Counted from the whole stretch's first letter, positions 1 to 14,070 are shown. The stretch is 60,330 nucleotides of DNA, filler included, from Squatina squatina (GCA_031763465.1; 4 parts of 4 records of this genome joined end to end with filler, not necessarily neighbours in it); one strand, 5' to 3'. Translations and numbers: made by a program. Notes: a model not told the origin generated them from the letters alone.

Positions 1-2060
1 CGAAATAAGTGGTCGCAGGTGTCCATGATTAAACAAACAAGCAAGGGGTTTATATAAACTAAAGGTTTTAGATTAGGGGCAGTGACTGGATAGAAATATA
101 TTGGTTAGTGGCAAGTGTATGTTGTTTGATTATAATTTTTGTTACTATACAGGATAGTCTTTGAAGATCTTTATCTGCTTTGTTATTATAAATTATAATT
201 TGTTACTATACATGGATGGTCCTTGAAGATTGGAATTAAAGTAGATTACTAGGGCAGCCTAGGAGGAGAGCTAAACTGTGCCTCCCATACCTGGACAGTA
301 TGGTAAAAAGATGGATCTTTATCCTATTGCATTGTTCTGTTCACTGGTCAATGGCATAAAGCCAAACCAGAATACCACACCAGTGACTCTGCACTTCCAT
401 TGTACTTGCACTCCTGAGAAAGACCTCCGAATGACTCATTTGATTCTCATGGAACAACAATAGTATTGTACTGTTACCAGTGCAGTAGCCATACTGAACT
501 AATTTCAAGAAAATTGGCACTGGGCAAAGAAAAGTTTCTCCTGAGGAGGTTCCAATGAAATTAGAAGATCTAAGCCTTCAGCTATGGAGGAAAAAATACT
601 TGTCATCTTGTACCCAGGACTGAATAGCCTCTAAGAAATTCCACATTTCTTTTTAACTTCAAGTAAGATAACTTTTAAGTAAGATTAAGTAAATTAACAA
701 GCAACAGAAGGAAAACTGCTCTAGGAGTTAATTGATATNNNNNNNNNNNNNNNNNNNNNNNNNNNNNNNNNNNNNNNNNNNNNNNNNNNNNNNNNNNNNN
801 NNNNNNNNNNNNNNNNNNNNNNNNNNNNNNNNNNNNNNGGTGGATAAAGAAAAATATTTATAATGTATTTAGACAGAACCATGTTGCCTTGCTAAAATTA
901 CTGTGGTTGCATAATGCTAAAGTCATCCCAATCTAATTAGTTGCAGAACTCTGTTGTGAATAGCCAGGATTGGAACATGTTATCATAGTGATAATCACAG
1001 TGAACCTTTAGCTTTTAAGTTCAACAATGGAAAATATGTACTTATTGAAGGCATTCATGCAAATAATATCTACATCTGGCAACCATTTTTCTAATATTTG
1101 TGCACAGCAACCCATGGATCAAAAGTGACCTTTCATCTCAGATAAGAGACAGATATATTTAATGAATCACTTCTTAGTGTTTTTAGGGGGCGGAACTGCA
1201 ACTTTTGTCATAATACATGAAGCCTGTTCACATAAGATCACTGTTAATCCCATGTTCACACACCTCCCAATGTAAGCATTGTACGCTTCCTCATTCCTTT
1301 CTGAAAGTGCTGGATATAGCCTGACTGCAGATGACCAATGATATTGACAATGTAAACAAACTTTCTTTGCTAATACAATAGAACAAATCACCAGTTTGTA
1401 TTCTATAATGTAAATAATCAGATTGCAGTTTCAAAAATGATTGGCACTTATTGCTTCCAATTAATGGATTTGTTTTTTGGCCCTTGGCAAAAAAGCTTTT
1501 GGATTTTTTTGGGTGATTTGAACTTTAACATTAGGAAGCCATTCCAGTGTAGAAAACACAAATTTCAGTTCTAATTAAATTTGGGGGGTTGTTCTGAAGN
1601 NNNNNNNNNNNNNNNNNNNNNNNNNNNNNNNNNNNNNNNNNNNNNNNNNNNNNNNNNNNNNNNNNNNNNNNNNNNNNNNNNNNNNNNNNNNNNNNNNNNA
1701 GGAGGGAACAAAAATCAAAACATTGAGCTGCTTGCCCCTGTAGCCAGCATCAAAAAGAAGATAAGAAAATGTTGAGAATGAGAAAAAGCCATTGGAATTC
1801 TCCCTAGCACTGTAACTCACCCAGCCTAGCTGCCAACTGCATTTTGAATAAGCTTTTACGCAGTAGATTTTTCCAAATGGTTATAACATTACCGAGTAAT
1901 GACATTTTTTCTTAAAATGTTTTAAAAGTACTTTTCACTGATTTCAATTCATGCATAGAAGTTCTAAAAATGGTAAAAGGGCAGCATAGTGATTGGCACT
2001 CCAGTGTAAATCGCCATGGATTGGGAGAGGTTGGATTCACATCTGGGATTGCTACACTGT

Positions 2061-2363
2061 AGGGTAGATCTTGATTTCATGCGATTGTGTAAAAATCGTG
2101 ATAACGAGTCAGGAGCAATGTTCCCTCTAATTTTTTTCCTACACGGGCCCATTAAATTTGCAGCGGCAGCAACTGGTGAGCGGCCCAGGCGGGACCTCGG
2201 GATTGGTGCGTGGCCACTCATCTTAGGGGGAAACATTGGTCAGCAGCCCGTTTTACATCTCTCCATTGACTTCAATGGAAATAAACATCGTGAGAGATGT
2301 AAAATGGGCTGCTGATTCACCATCACCCGTTTTACACTATCGCACAAAGTCAGGATCCACCCC
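2061..2363. mobile_element. Non-autonomous palindromic DNA transposon (MITE, Harbinger-like ends)
   Basis: About 50-bp imperfect terminal inverted repeats (gggtagatcttgatttcatgcgattgtgtaaaa vs reverse complement ggggtggatcctgactttgtgcgatagtgtaaaa); internal palindrome around ccattgacttcaatgg. Confidence 0.65.
2116..2238. mobile_element. hAT-type MITE nested in the previous element
   Basis: TIRs caatgttccctctaa / ttagggggaaacattg; 8-bp target-site duplication gtcaggag (2108-2115) / gtcagcag (2239-2246), 7 of 8 identical. Confidence 0.75.
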
Positions 2364-4190
2364 AGTGACTTATGCTGGAGTATGGTTCCACAGGCTGCAG
2401 CCTTCAGAAGCTTACCCAAATAGCCATTCTTTATGTGTGCGTCTAGACAGGGGGTGCTGGCAGCATTTAACTCTCAAATAACTTTTTAACATTGCTTTAT
2501 TCATTTATGAACGGAGAAAAAACAAATTAGTGAGATCTTTCATGCTTTTTTTCAATAATAACTTTTTTTTAAATTGCATTGCTAAAAAAAAATGACTTCT
2601 TCAGCAATCTATTTCAACTGTTATTGGCTGAGTCCCAAGGTTATGTTTCAGTAGTGATCAAAATTATAGCACTAAATCCTAAACGTATTTTTGAATTGCA
2701 TTCTGTAGTATGGGTCTGTTTTTAACAATGATTCTGTCACAATTTTTTAGAACTAAAATCCTCTTTCAGTACTGCAGGAATGGCTAATTCATTAAACATG
2801 GAAGATTCTTATCACGCACTGAACAATGAATCTAATTCACTGTTCATTTAGGGTGTTAAAATTCAATTTACGGTTTCACAGATGTTCGCAGACTCCCAGA
2901 ATTTAATGAGGATGACTCATGTGCACACGGCCTAAATTGTGTGGATTTAAATAGTGACTCAGAGTTCTCCAGCAGCTTTGGAGATCAATTTCAGCAAAAT
3001 TATTCCTNNNNNNNNNNNNNNNNNNNNNNNNNNNNNNNNNNNNNNNNNNNNNNNNNNNNNNNNNNNNNNNNNNNNNNNNNNNNNNNNNNNNNNNNNNNNN
3101 NNNNNNNAAGAGCTAGGCTTATTTGGGCCTAATGGTATTTTTATGTTCCCAAAACATCTTTGCCGTGAAACTCCGTGACCTTTCTGGCAGACACCCACCA
3201 TCATTTTGTCAGAGATCAGGCTAGGGCCTGCATCAGATCCTAGCCTTTTGCCCAAGTTTCCTTGTGGGGCAACACATTTTCATATGGCAATGAGATGGGC
3301 CCTACTAATTTTGGGAGTTTCTGTGCTCCAGGCCTTCAGTGTGACCCAGCAAAAGGTCAGACTAGGTGTATCTCCTGGCCAACTGATGGATATTTTTAGT
3401 CAAATTTGGCATTGAAGTCTGGACCCCTGAAGATTTGAGCATCAATTCTTTTAGCATGGGAGCAACTGGGGCCAATTGAACTTTGTTTCTGGGGAGAGAG
3501 TGGAAGGCTTACACCTCCTCCTCCCAGCCCCAGGTGTTTATGCCAGATTTTCCACCCTTGTGGCAATTAGCCTAAGAGTATTCATAATGCGATTGGCACC
3601 CGCCAATGGTCAGAAAACAAAGGGTCTTCTTGTGGCCTAGCAAACTTAGGTGAGCTCAGCGGTGGAAATCTGAAGTGGGCACACAAGATAAGCTACCACA
3701 TGGATTTTCGTGACCTATATATTTAGTGGTTCAGTTTTATTGGTATCTTCTATTTCCTTTCCCTTACTTGGAAGGAAGGAGAACTGAATAATAGGTTTTC
3801 CTTTGCAGAGTCAATGACCTTGAAGGTTGATTAATATCTCAATGCCATTAAGTGGATCACAAACCCTAATCTGCTTTTTTCTATTCACATTAAATTCTCC
3901 CATTAGCATTTTTAGCTTACTCTTAAAGATAACTGTGTAAAATGACAGCTTCAGATTGTTAATAGCTTTCACAGCGGTTATCAGTAAAGGCATATTTTCG
4001 AAGGACAGCTTTTCTTCTTCTTAAATTGGTAACGTGCTGAGGTGAACTCACCCACAGAGCTATGCTGACGGATAAAATTCTGAGGCCGCATCAGTCTTAG
4101 TGTAAGAATAAATGTGTGTAAAGTGTAACTTTTATTTACTGAACGGAAAGCTTCAGTTGTAGGACTGGTGTTCTCTCTGGCAGTGACATT

Positions 4191-4338
4191 GGGGCAAATT
4201 TCCTTGGAGCTTCTCCTGCTCTGTCGAAGTAACTTGGGTTTTAGTTTAGAAGACCCCCCCCAACATTTATTTGCCTAAACAGGACTTCTACCAAAGTCAC
4301 AGTGACAGAGCAGGAGAATGCTGAGGGAATTCGACACC
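4191..4338. mobile_element. MITE with 3-bp TSD (PIF/Harbinger-like)
   Basis: Inverted ends sharing ttctcctgctctgtc; flanked on both sides by att. Confidence 0.5.
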
Positions 4339-4869
4339 ATTATCATCTCAAATCTGAGCAGCTTCCACTTTTCCCATTTTCTTCCATTACCAAATGCTGG
4401 CCAACTCATTTTCTCCTTTTTCTGTTCATTGCCATAACTGAACATGATAAAGCCAGATAAAGGTAGCCCTTTGTCTCTATTGTTGCCCATAAATTCCGTT
4501 CCCTGATCTTTCTGAAACAAACAGTAGTCTGGATAATCTGGCCCAGAGAATCTGTAGCGGCACAATCCCGGCTCTTACGACGATATCGCACCTGCTGCTG
4601 AACTCTGCTGTAGTTTGCATGGGAGGGGCCGGGAGGAATGGGCCTCGCTGATTTGTGGCTTCCCCTGCCAAAGATACTGGAAACACCAGCAGAAGCTGCC
4701 CAACGTGGGGGGGGGTGGGGGGGCGGGGGTTGGATGGTGGAGGGGAGTGCGGTGCTACATCAGGTCCGGNNNNNNNNNNNNNNNNNNNNNNNNNNNNNNN
4801 NNNNNNNNNNNNNNNNNNNNNNNNNNNNNNNNNNNNNNNNNNNNNNNNNNNNNNNNNNNNNNNNNNNNN

Positions 4870-5230
4870 AACCCTTCATAAATTTGAGCACCTCTATCAA
4901 ATTTCCTTTTAAACTTCCCTGCTCTAAGGAGGATCACTTCAGCTTCTCCAGTCTCTCCACATAACGAAAGCCCCTCAATCCTGGCCTCATCCTCATAAAT
5001 CTTTAATGTACCCTCTCTAAGGGCTTGACATGGCATACAGAATTGAAAATAATACTCCTGTACACCTGCTGAGCTCTAAGCAGCGTTTTATAAATGTTTA
5101 ACATAACTTTCTTGCCTTTGTACTCTATTGCCCTATTAATAGGAAGTGTTAAAGTGCTTTTGCAGAGAGCCGGCATAGGCTCGACGGGCTGAATAGCCTC
5201 CTTCTGTGCTGTAACCAGTCAATGATTCGA
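4870..5230. mobile_element. Degenerate CR1-type LINE fragments
   Basis: Similar to the other CR1 3' fragments in this window (minus-strand piece followed by a plus-strand 3' tail). Confidence 0.5.
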
Positions 5231-6691
5231 ATGTCTAATTAACAGGGCACATGCAAGATGCTCCACTCTAGCAAAATGACACCCATACTTTTCCCCTGTA
5301 TAGTTGACCCCATTCTCACCACTTACTCTTCCCCATGGTGTTGAACTGGAGCTGCGATCATCTCACACAGAAATGATGATCATTACTGTTAGCAATAAAA
5401 AGATAATGATCAGCCATAAATTCAGAACCCTTCAAAATCAATAAGAGATCAGCTGTACGATAGAATGAAAACTTCAAATAAATCAATGGGCCTCTTAAAA
5501 CACATCACCCAGGAATTGTCAAGAGGTGTGATTGAACTTCTTTAATACGTCATGCTTTCATATGGACTTTTGAAAGAACATTTCCTGATTTATCCACCAT
5601 CATTGTTTCTCACGTTCATCAATTTAGCTGGAAGAACAAAAGAAATCCCATAGACTTTTAACACTAATGCCACTTAATAGTTCTGCCAAGATGACATATG
5701 GTTAGCACAGGGCAAGATTAATAATGTGTCAGTCTATCCTGATCTGGGATTCACTGAATCAACAAAGTGTCTGGTACATGTAGTTTTAGCTTTGACAGTA
5801 AAGTCACAGCTAAGATCCATGAACGTGGCCGCAGTAGACGAAGGTGATTATCGATTACATTAATAACACTGTGTACTTTGAAATAAAAACAAACAACACA
5901 GTAATTCCTCAGGGACTCTGCTGATCTCCCACTATAACTCCATTGGGAGACCAGCGGAACACTCAGAAAATTGAGAGTTTCCTAGTTGCCTTGAATGGGG
6001 CATAACTTCCTTCCACCCCTTACAAGGCAAACTTTCAGAATCTTTCTTCAGGTACAAGGAAGGTTTATTATGTTGGTCTCAATAAAATAAAAGGGGGAGA
6101 CAGGGGCAGGATCTCCCTTAACCAGGAGTTTAGGAGTGAAGACTTACCAAACTCCACAAAGTCATATGTGGGCCCCACTGCATAGTGGCCTGGACCCTGA
6201 AGAGATACTATTTTTTTCCATCTCACAGATTCTTATAGGGCCGATTGGACCATAGGACATGGACAACCCCTCTACCCAGCAGGGCCAGCATTGGAGGGCA
6301 TTGTCAGGCACCACCCTGGCATAATCGATGGGATAGCAGCCCGAGGAATTTTGAGGTCATAAAACTTAACNNNNNNNNNNNNNNNNNNNNNNNNNNNNNN
6401 NNNNNNNNNNNNNNNNNNNNNNNNNNNNNNNNNNNNNNNNNNNNNNNNNNNNNNNNNNNNNNNNNNNNNNTGCTGCTCTGAAAAATATTTAGATGATGGT
6501 GGGTGTAAAAGGAAACTAAAATTCATGGTTCATTAGAGGAGAATGATCTTGTTACAAACATTTTTAACACACAGATGTGATCATGGAAACACAGCTGAAA
6601 TGCAATTATGCTTAGGGTCATGGGATTAAATGCAAGGGTTTGTAGATTTAAATAAATTGCTGACTGAACATCATCCTGTTAAAATTCAGAC

Positions 6692-7536
6692 CAGGGGCCC
6701 GAAATTTGGTACTTTTTTGCATCTCTATCTCACCAGGTAAAGGTGTTATGGAGGCGCAAAAAATACTGTGGTTGTTAACGGGCTGATTCGCGCCACACGC
6801 GAAATTCGGCTCCCATTTTTTGGAGGCTTTATAAATTAACGCCTCCGAGGCCCGGCGCAATTCTTGGAGGCGCTAGCTGCTGGTGAGGTCATCATGGCGC
6901 GCAATGCGTTCGCAGTGACCCAGCCGAAAATTCGGTAATGTTAACGCCTCTGCTGGCCAGGAGAAAACAGCGACAAAGTCCTGTCACTGCACAGGCTTCC
7001 TGTGGCATACGTCATCTTGTTTTCTGAAATAATCGCCAACTCATTGCGAGAACGGCGAGTGGGGGAGGGGGTGCATGTCATCAGCTCCTGCCGGTTCAGG
7101 TTTCATAACAGGTCATTTCCTACTGGGGAAGATCTCAAAAAGTGTAAGACCTGAGGCTGAGGGGAGTTTTGAAAAGTACTGTGAACATCACAATGGGTGA
7201 TTTTCTTGCAGTGGACCATCTACTTCTGCTCTATCTGAGAGATTACGTCATCAGAAGGAGAAGGTAGAGACAACAGCAGGCAGATGGCCAAGGCTGGTGG
7301 GGAATTGAGGGAGCCTGAGTGCCACCAATCCAACAGGCACAGCCATTCGAAGGAAGCCAGTTGAGCGCTCCAGCACCTTCTCTCTCGTCATGGGGAAGGT
7401 AATGTATTGGTTTCTCTTTCTGAAGAGAGCATTTGTTACATCTCTGATGGCGCGATGAATGGCAAATTGCTCATATCTCCATGGTTCCTTGAAAGGAGAA
7501 AGGCACAGGCAAAGGCCAGCTAACAGAGCTAGGGCC
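6692..7536 (+). mobile_element. Probable 5' end of a degenerate Harbinger-type transposon
   Basis: CpG-rich end beginning ggggcccgaaatt with repeated cgaaattcgg motifs, then ATG at 7193 reading MGDFLAVDHLLLLYLRDYVIRRRR*, resembling the element at 19369. Confidence 0.35.
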
Positions 7537-10500
7537 NNNNNNNNNNNNNNNNNNNNNNNNNNNNNNNNNNNNNNNNNNNNNNNNNNNNNNNNNNNNNNNN
7601 NNNNNNNNNNNNNNNNNNNNNNNNNNNNNNNNNNNNCAGAAATGACCTTTCATCAGAACTGTGTTCCTACTGATAGATTACTTCAATTTGATAGATTAGG
7701 AAAACCAGGGATCATGCATATAAATTACACAAGGGTAGGGCTAGGTCAGAACTTAGGCAGTTCTTCTTTTCTCAGAGGATTGTAAACCTAAGGAAAAGTT
7801 GCAGTTTGTGCCGTGAGTGCTGACTCTCTGCATACCTACAAATGAGAGATGCATCGGTTGCTGGCTGAGGTGGAAATCACATTTTATACAAGGTTTGTGA
7901 AGTAGCAGATAATATAACCATGTTCAATGTGGTTTCCTGGACTACTTTGGATCGGCTAAGCCAGTTGGAAAGAAATTCTCCGGATCTCCAACGCTAGGGA
8001 CCACACTCCTGGTTCTTGTCTGTATTGCCTCCAGCGCTCAAGTGTCTCCCTTATTGCATCTCTTAGAATCACAGGATCATAGAATAGTATAGCACAGAAG
8101 TAGGCCTTTCGGCCCATCGAGTCTGTGCAAGCTTTTTATTATTTTGTAGCTCCAATAAGGACACTTTGAAAATATGAGTCAAGTCACACTCTTGTGAGTG
8201 AAGTCACAGTGATGAAAATGATGTTTCCTCGACTACACTGCCTTCCCAAATTAAAACAAAAGGCTTTTATAACCATTTTTTCATAAAGACAGTGCCCCTT
8301 TAATTATTTTCCTAATCATCAAGTGAATAGCTGTTTCTGGTGTCAAAACTCAGCAAGACTCAGTGTAATGGCTGCAGTTTGCATTAACAGGATTTAATAA
8401 AACACCTCAAAACTAAAATATGGTTGGCTCACACGCCATAATGAATTGTACTGCCATCTAGCCACATTCTCTTGCTGAAAGAGAAACTTATTTAGAATCC
8501 CAAAATGCTCCTTTATTATTTTGTATTTTGTAAGGACACTTTGTAAAGATGAGTCAGCTCACACTTTTGAAATTGCTACAGAACTTCAGTCATTAAATAA
8601 TAACCCATGCTGGATTCCTTTATGATCTGCCAATAAAAAGGGGCACAATTTTCAAATAGGAAATTTTTGGCTTTAAGATTTTGTCAATGGCAGCTCCCCA
8701 TTCAAAAGCTCATCACGAGCATTTATTGTGATCACCACAGCAAGGTAAAGATTACTGTAAGGAAATACATTCCATCTAAGTCTCCAAAGAGCGATACTGT
8801 AACTCTCCTCAATGATTTTTAGTTCAGTTACAAAATGCATTCATTTTTCTACTGACAGTGAATAGTCTGTAAGGCCAGCCAGTCTTTTCATTCATTCAAG
8901 CCTGCAAAGAGGTTTCTCTGTGTGCTAAATATACATTCAGCTTTTAGCTGCTTCTGTTTTATTTTTAATTCTCCACAAATCCTGTATCAAGTCCCACAAA
9001 TCAATGCATTTACTGGCAGAATGTCTCTCGTTGGTGAAGTAGCCGTCATTTAAGCCATGCTGTCTCCACAAACAAAATGGTAAAAAATGAATTATAGAGT
9101 GCATGACTCACTCGTGAAGCAACAAGGACAATATATCTGCGCTCCCTTGAATACCACGCTCAAGCGAAATGTCACAGAATTTTGCTTTTCAAATGCAGAT
9201 CTAAAAAAAAGAGGCACACAGAGGTTGTAGGTCAGTGACTGATGGTTTACCAATAATAAATTACCAGAAATTTGTTACGAGAAAATTCTAGGCCTAGATA
9301 TCAGATTGCACTTGTAAACACCAGCTACCCGCGTTCGTTACTATTNNNNNNNNNNNNNNNNNNNNNNNNNNNNNNNNNNNNNNNNNNNNNNNNNNNNNNN
9401 NNNNNNNNNNNNNNNNNNNNNNNNNNNNNNNNNNNNNNNNNNNNNACACAGAGGCGAGCGTGAAATTATCGGGAAGCTGAAAAAAGTCGGGCCAATCAGC
9501 CTTAATGACAGCGATGAGGCAAATATTTCAGGAATAAAGGATTTCTTTTCAAATCACATCACAGGTCTACTGCATTGACGTCATTTTTGGTGACATCAGC
9601 GCATTCTTCTGTGTTGTGTGAATGAAGGAGCAAATTGATCCCAGCGGGGTTATACGCTCAGCTGTTGAGAGTGAATTGAGGCTTGCTGCTCAGCCAGGCT
9701 GACATGTTTTTAAACTATTCGGAGGTGACGGCCGACCTGGGGCAGCTGCAACTTCTAGATCCTCGCTTCCTTTGAATCTTTCTTTGTGATTTGATGTGAG
9801 ACTAACACTCCATTGATATTACTGCGTCTGCTCACACGGAATGGAATGACTCAAGAATCATAACTAGCCCATTAATATAGAATGAATGCAGGAAATGCAA
9901 GGGATGCTGAGGTGATCCTTTATTACTGGTGGCTTCAATATGATCATAAATTGGATAAATTATTAGTCCAACAGCTCCCTGATGTATAATTTGCTTTTAT
10001 ATAATGGACATGGCCCAGAATCAGTGTGATAATGTGTTACAGGCCACAAAGAACTTAATAATATGCCATAGAAAGAAAGAGTATGCATTTATATAGCACC
10101 TTATCACACCCTCAGGGATTCCCCAAAGTGCTTCATACATTGCTGCTTCCTGTTAACAGCAATATTGGTGGGAATGCACTGCTATATTATGTCAATTAAT
10201 GCTCTGACTCCACACAACCAAATGTAGACATTAAAAAGGAATCTATTATGCAATAAAAGGGCTGATATTTCTCAGCACTTGCATTGGAGAAATAATGTTC
10301 TTTGTAGCTATTACTGTAAAGTAATATCTGCACAAATGAAAGACCAGACCAGACATAATACACTCTTCAGTTGACTGCTCACCTGATACACAGCAGACTC
10401 ATTCATAAATCACAGTGCCTTGCATTTCCATAGTGTCCTCATGTNNNNNNNNNNNNNNNNNNNNNNNNNNNNNNNNNNNNNNNNNNNNNNNNNNNNNNNN

Positions 10501-10624
10501 NNNNNNNNNNNNNNNNNNNNNNNNNNNNNNNNNNNNNNNNNNNNTTTTTCCTTATTGAAACTATCAAAACCCTTCATAATTTTGAATTTCCCCTTAACCC
10601 TTTCTGCTTGAAAGAGAACAATGT

Positions 10625-10803
10625 TCCTTCATCATCGCTGGGTCAAAATCCCGTAACATCCTCCCTAACAGCACAGTGGGAGTATCTTCATCTCCTGGGC
10701 TGCAGTGGTTCAAGAGATGGCTCACCACCACCTTCTCAAGGGTGATTAGAGATGGACAATAAATACTGGACTTGCCAGCAATGCCCACATGAATAAAAAA
10801 AAA
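10625..10803 (+). mobile_element. LINE (CR1-like) 3' end with A tail
   Basis: ggctcaccaccaccttctcaaggg...caataaat...aataaaaaa; related sequence in reverse orientation at 56575-56791. Confidence 0.55.
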
Positions 10804-13800
10804 GACACCATTAAATACAACTACAAAAACAACCCTTACTGCATGACCAGCCTGCCCAGCCACTGCATACTTACTCATTTCAGTTAGCAATCAACAGGAA
10901 TAGTTAATTTAAATCTGACAATTATACCCCCAAGGGGAACGTTTAAACTTTGTACAATGGCAGATTTTCTGCCATTACCACCTGAGGTAAATCCACTACT
11001 ACTCACTCTGGGGAAAATCCTGACTCTGATTGCTCACTTATTGATTGTAAGTAGAGCTTTCACTACCTTAGTCTATAGAATCCAAACCCAGTAAAAAGGA
11101 GTATGTTTTATGACAGGAAGCCTAACTGCCCAAGGCCAGCCATAAAAATAGATAAAACATACAGCATCAGATAAAAAAGGCTTCTTGGGNNNNNNNNNNN
11201 NNNNNNNNNNNNNNNNNNNNNNNNNNNNNNNNNNNNNNNNNNNNNNNNNNNNNNNNNNNNNNNNNNNNNNNNNNNNNNNNNNNNNNNNNGCTGTTCAACG
11301 CAATGAGGATACAGGGAGGAGGAAGAGCGTGCAGAGTAGGGTATTGCAGCTTAGCGATGTTACTCGTTAGCCGAGCAAGTGTGCAGCCTTTACTTGTTTC
11401 CTCCCACTGATGACATAGTCATGATTGTGACATCGTGGGCACGTCTTATCACTCTCCGTGATATAGCGCCTCGGACCACTAACCTGGCGCAGCACCCCTA
11501 AATGTAAAGGAACATTAATAATATAACTGGATAAATAGCTCATTTTTGCTGCGATCTTCAAAAATAATATAAAACAACAAGACCATCCCATTAGTGTCTT
11601 TATGAAATATAGTATACAGATGGTATTAAAAATGAACCCAGCAACTTAAGACATTGCATTAGCTCATCGTTTAATTGTTGCTAGGAGCTGCATTTTTATG
11701 CTGCTTCCATTTAGTTCTGCTTACAGTGCAGTCTGATCACATGGCTTGAGTTGTGAGTCATAAACATTGTGAAACCCTCAGTTTAGGCCACACTGGGAAA
11801 CTAGTAAAGTGTTCCCTTACGTCAGCAAAATTAATCAAAAGCACTTACAGAGATGGGTAATACATCAGCTGAGGAAGCTTTTAAATGGCATATTTATTAA
11901 CGTCTATATTGATGAAATTCATAAGTGATACCTTCACCTGAAGTGAAGTTTAAATATGATTACTCAAGTGAGGATGTGAATTGCTAACTGTTACATGTCC
12001 ATTCAAAACTTGGTAACCCTTCTTTTGCACTGTCTGCTAGTATAACCTTCAGCTTCATTGAAGTCTACCATCGCCCTCTTCAATCTCCGTCCAAATCTGT
12101 ACTTAATACACGTTGTGAAAATGTGTACATTCAATGTTATTTATAGATCAGCTTCAGCTTCAACTATGCATTTATGAAACTGTCAGTATGTTGATATGCT
12201 TTTGTGTTTCTTGTTATAAATCTAATCTGCTACCAGCACTTCTGTGCAAATCAGTTTTTGTTTGATTTCTCCTCTGTTTTCTCCCTTACCCCAAAGGTGA
12301 TAGGGGTAACTTTCCAGCTTTGTCTTTCCAGCAGAGAGTCTCACTTGGAGGTTTGGTACACACTGTGGAGGATTTTCTGATCATCGTCCTACATGCCGCT
12401 TGCTATGGTACAGTTCTGTGGATGCCAGTCACCCTCCAATACCTCGTCAGAATGGCAATTATTTATGTGTGACGGTGATTGTTGACAGTCTGTTATTCAC
12501 AGCGGCATCAAANNNNNNNNNNNNNNNNNNNNNNNNNNNNNNNNNNNNNNNNNNNNNNNNNNNNNNNNNNNNNNNNNNNNNNNNNNNNNNNNNNNNNNNN
12601 NNNNNNNNNNNNGGGGAGCGCCTCCAACGGGCGCTACCCAGGTGCAATGTACCTATGAATTTCTAACCCTAAATACTTAATCATAACAATTGGGCTTGGA
12701 TGTATTTTATGAAGCATACAAAATATCAGTAATGTGTGAACTGTGGAGGTGACAGAAATGTGGGCCGCTGGGATTTCCCAGCTTTTGATACACTGTGATT
12801 CAGAATTGCATCAAATATTCTGTAGCAACAACATAATAGAGGGTATAGAGAAGGAGGCATACTCTGTCAGCTGCTGTTTCTGTGTACTTCTAGGATTAAG
12901 ATTATGGCAGGTGGCAAAATACTCTGCTAAAGAAAGGAAACTCCCCCACTAAAAAATGGTGTGATTGGCAATGACAGCACTGTAAAATTCTCCTGCTATT
13001 CTTTCACAATATTGATATTCAAGTCTCTGTTGTTTCTCAAGGAGAAAACTACAAACACTGGAAATTCAAAATGAAGAAAACAGAAAAATTCTGGAAATAT
13101 ATAACAGGATCTGCCCAGGAATCCACACTCCACATGTTACAATGTCTTTCCCGTTCTCAGATGCACCGCCCGTGTATTTCTGGCATTTTCTATTTTTATT
13201 ATCAGTAGGCCTGCCTCTGCATTAGAATTCAGCTCATTACTGACGTGAGTCACATTGCTAAAAGATGTTAGATGCCTGCTGAAATCAGTATTTATTTACT
13301 GTAATATTTAGCATATAAATTGCATTTTCACACATAAAGGAGATTAGTTTGATACACTTTACGGATCATAACATTTTAATAAAATGACAGATAAAAATGG
13401 GGGAGTAACTTTTACACATCTGATCTTATCTACTATATTTTAGAAATGGTAGACCGGTCACAAAATTCCAATTCAAAATGCGTTGAAAATTCTTCTGTCA
13501 ACCTGTTCCTATGAAAAATCTGATTCTGAGCAGCCACATTTTCCTACAATACCTGTTATGCTTACAGGTGGCGCTGTGATAGTGATTTTCAAATGTTCAA
13601 CTTTTGTGACATTAGTTACACTAGAACACCTTTGCCTCTAATTTCCACAGGGAATCTCCTGGTCGTCTGCTGTAATTTCTGCACAAAATCCACAGAAACC
13701 CTGCATAAACAACGTAAATGGTGCTTGTTTTTAAACTAATTCCAGAGTGTTGGGCCTCTGCAGCTCAGAACACGACTGCAAGTAGTGGGGTGAGGAGGGA

Positions 13801-13938
13801 GTCATTAAGGGCTAAAAATTCATCTCCTGTTGTGCCCCATTAGCACCTCTGAGGGGCACTAATGGGGTGAAACAGGAGAAAATGGAGCTGGGAGNNNNNN
13901 NNNNNNNNNNNNNNNNNNNNNNNNNNNNNNNNNNNNNN

Positions 13939-13950
13939 TTAATTAATTAA
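13939..13950. other. Artificial scaffold-joining spacer TTAATTAATTAA
   Basis: Palindromic six-frame stop linker centred in a 44N-12-44N block; identical at 31566 and 46087. Confidence 0.97.
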
Positions 13951-14070
13951 NNNNNNNNNNNNNNNNNNNNNNNNNNNNNNNNNNNNNNNNNNNNCACACC
14001 CGCCAAAACTGAAGTAGGGGGAGAAATAAAGGAAAACAACTTGCTTCTCTCAAACTTGATGTCACAGACA

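Noticed and set aside
126-230. Imperfect ~42-bp duplication
   Set aside because: AT-rich local duplication with no sign of function
1167-1324. Protein-like minus-strand frame LYPALSERNEEAYNAY...PPPKNTKK*
   Set aside because: Weak acceptor and no recognised homology
13939-13950. TTAA repeats as piggyBac target sites
   Set aside because: Identical linker centred in N runs; artificial
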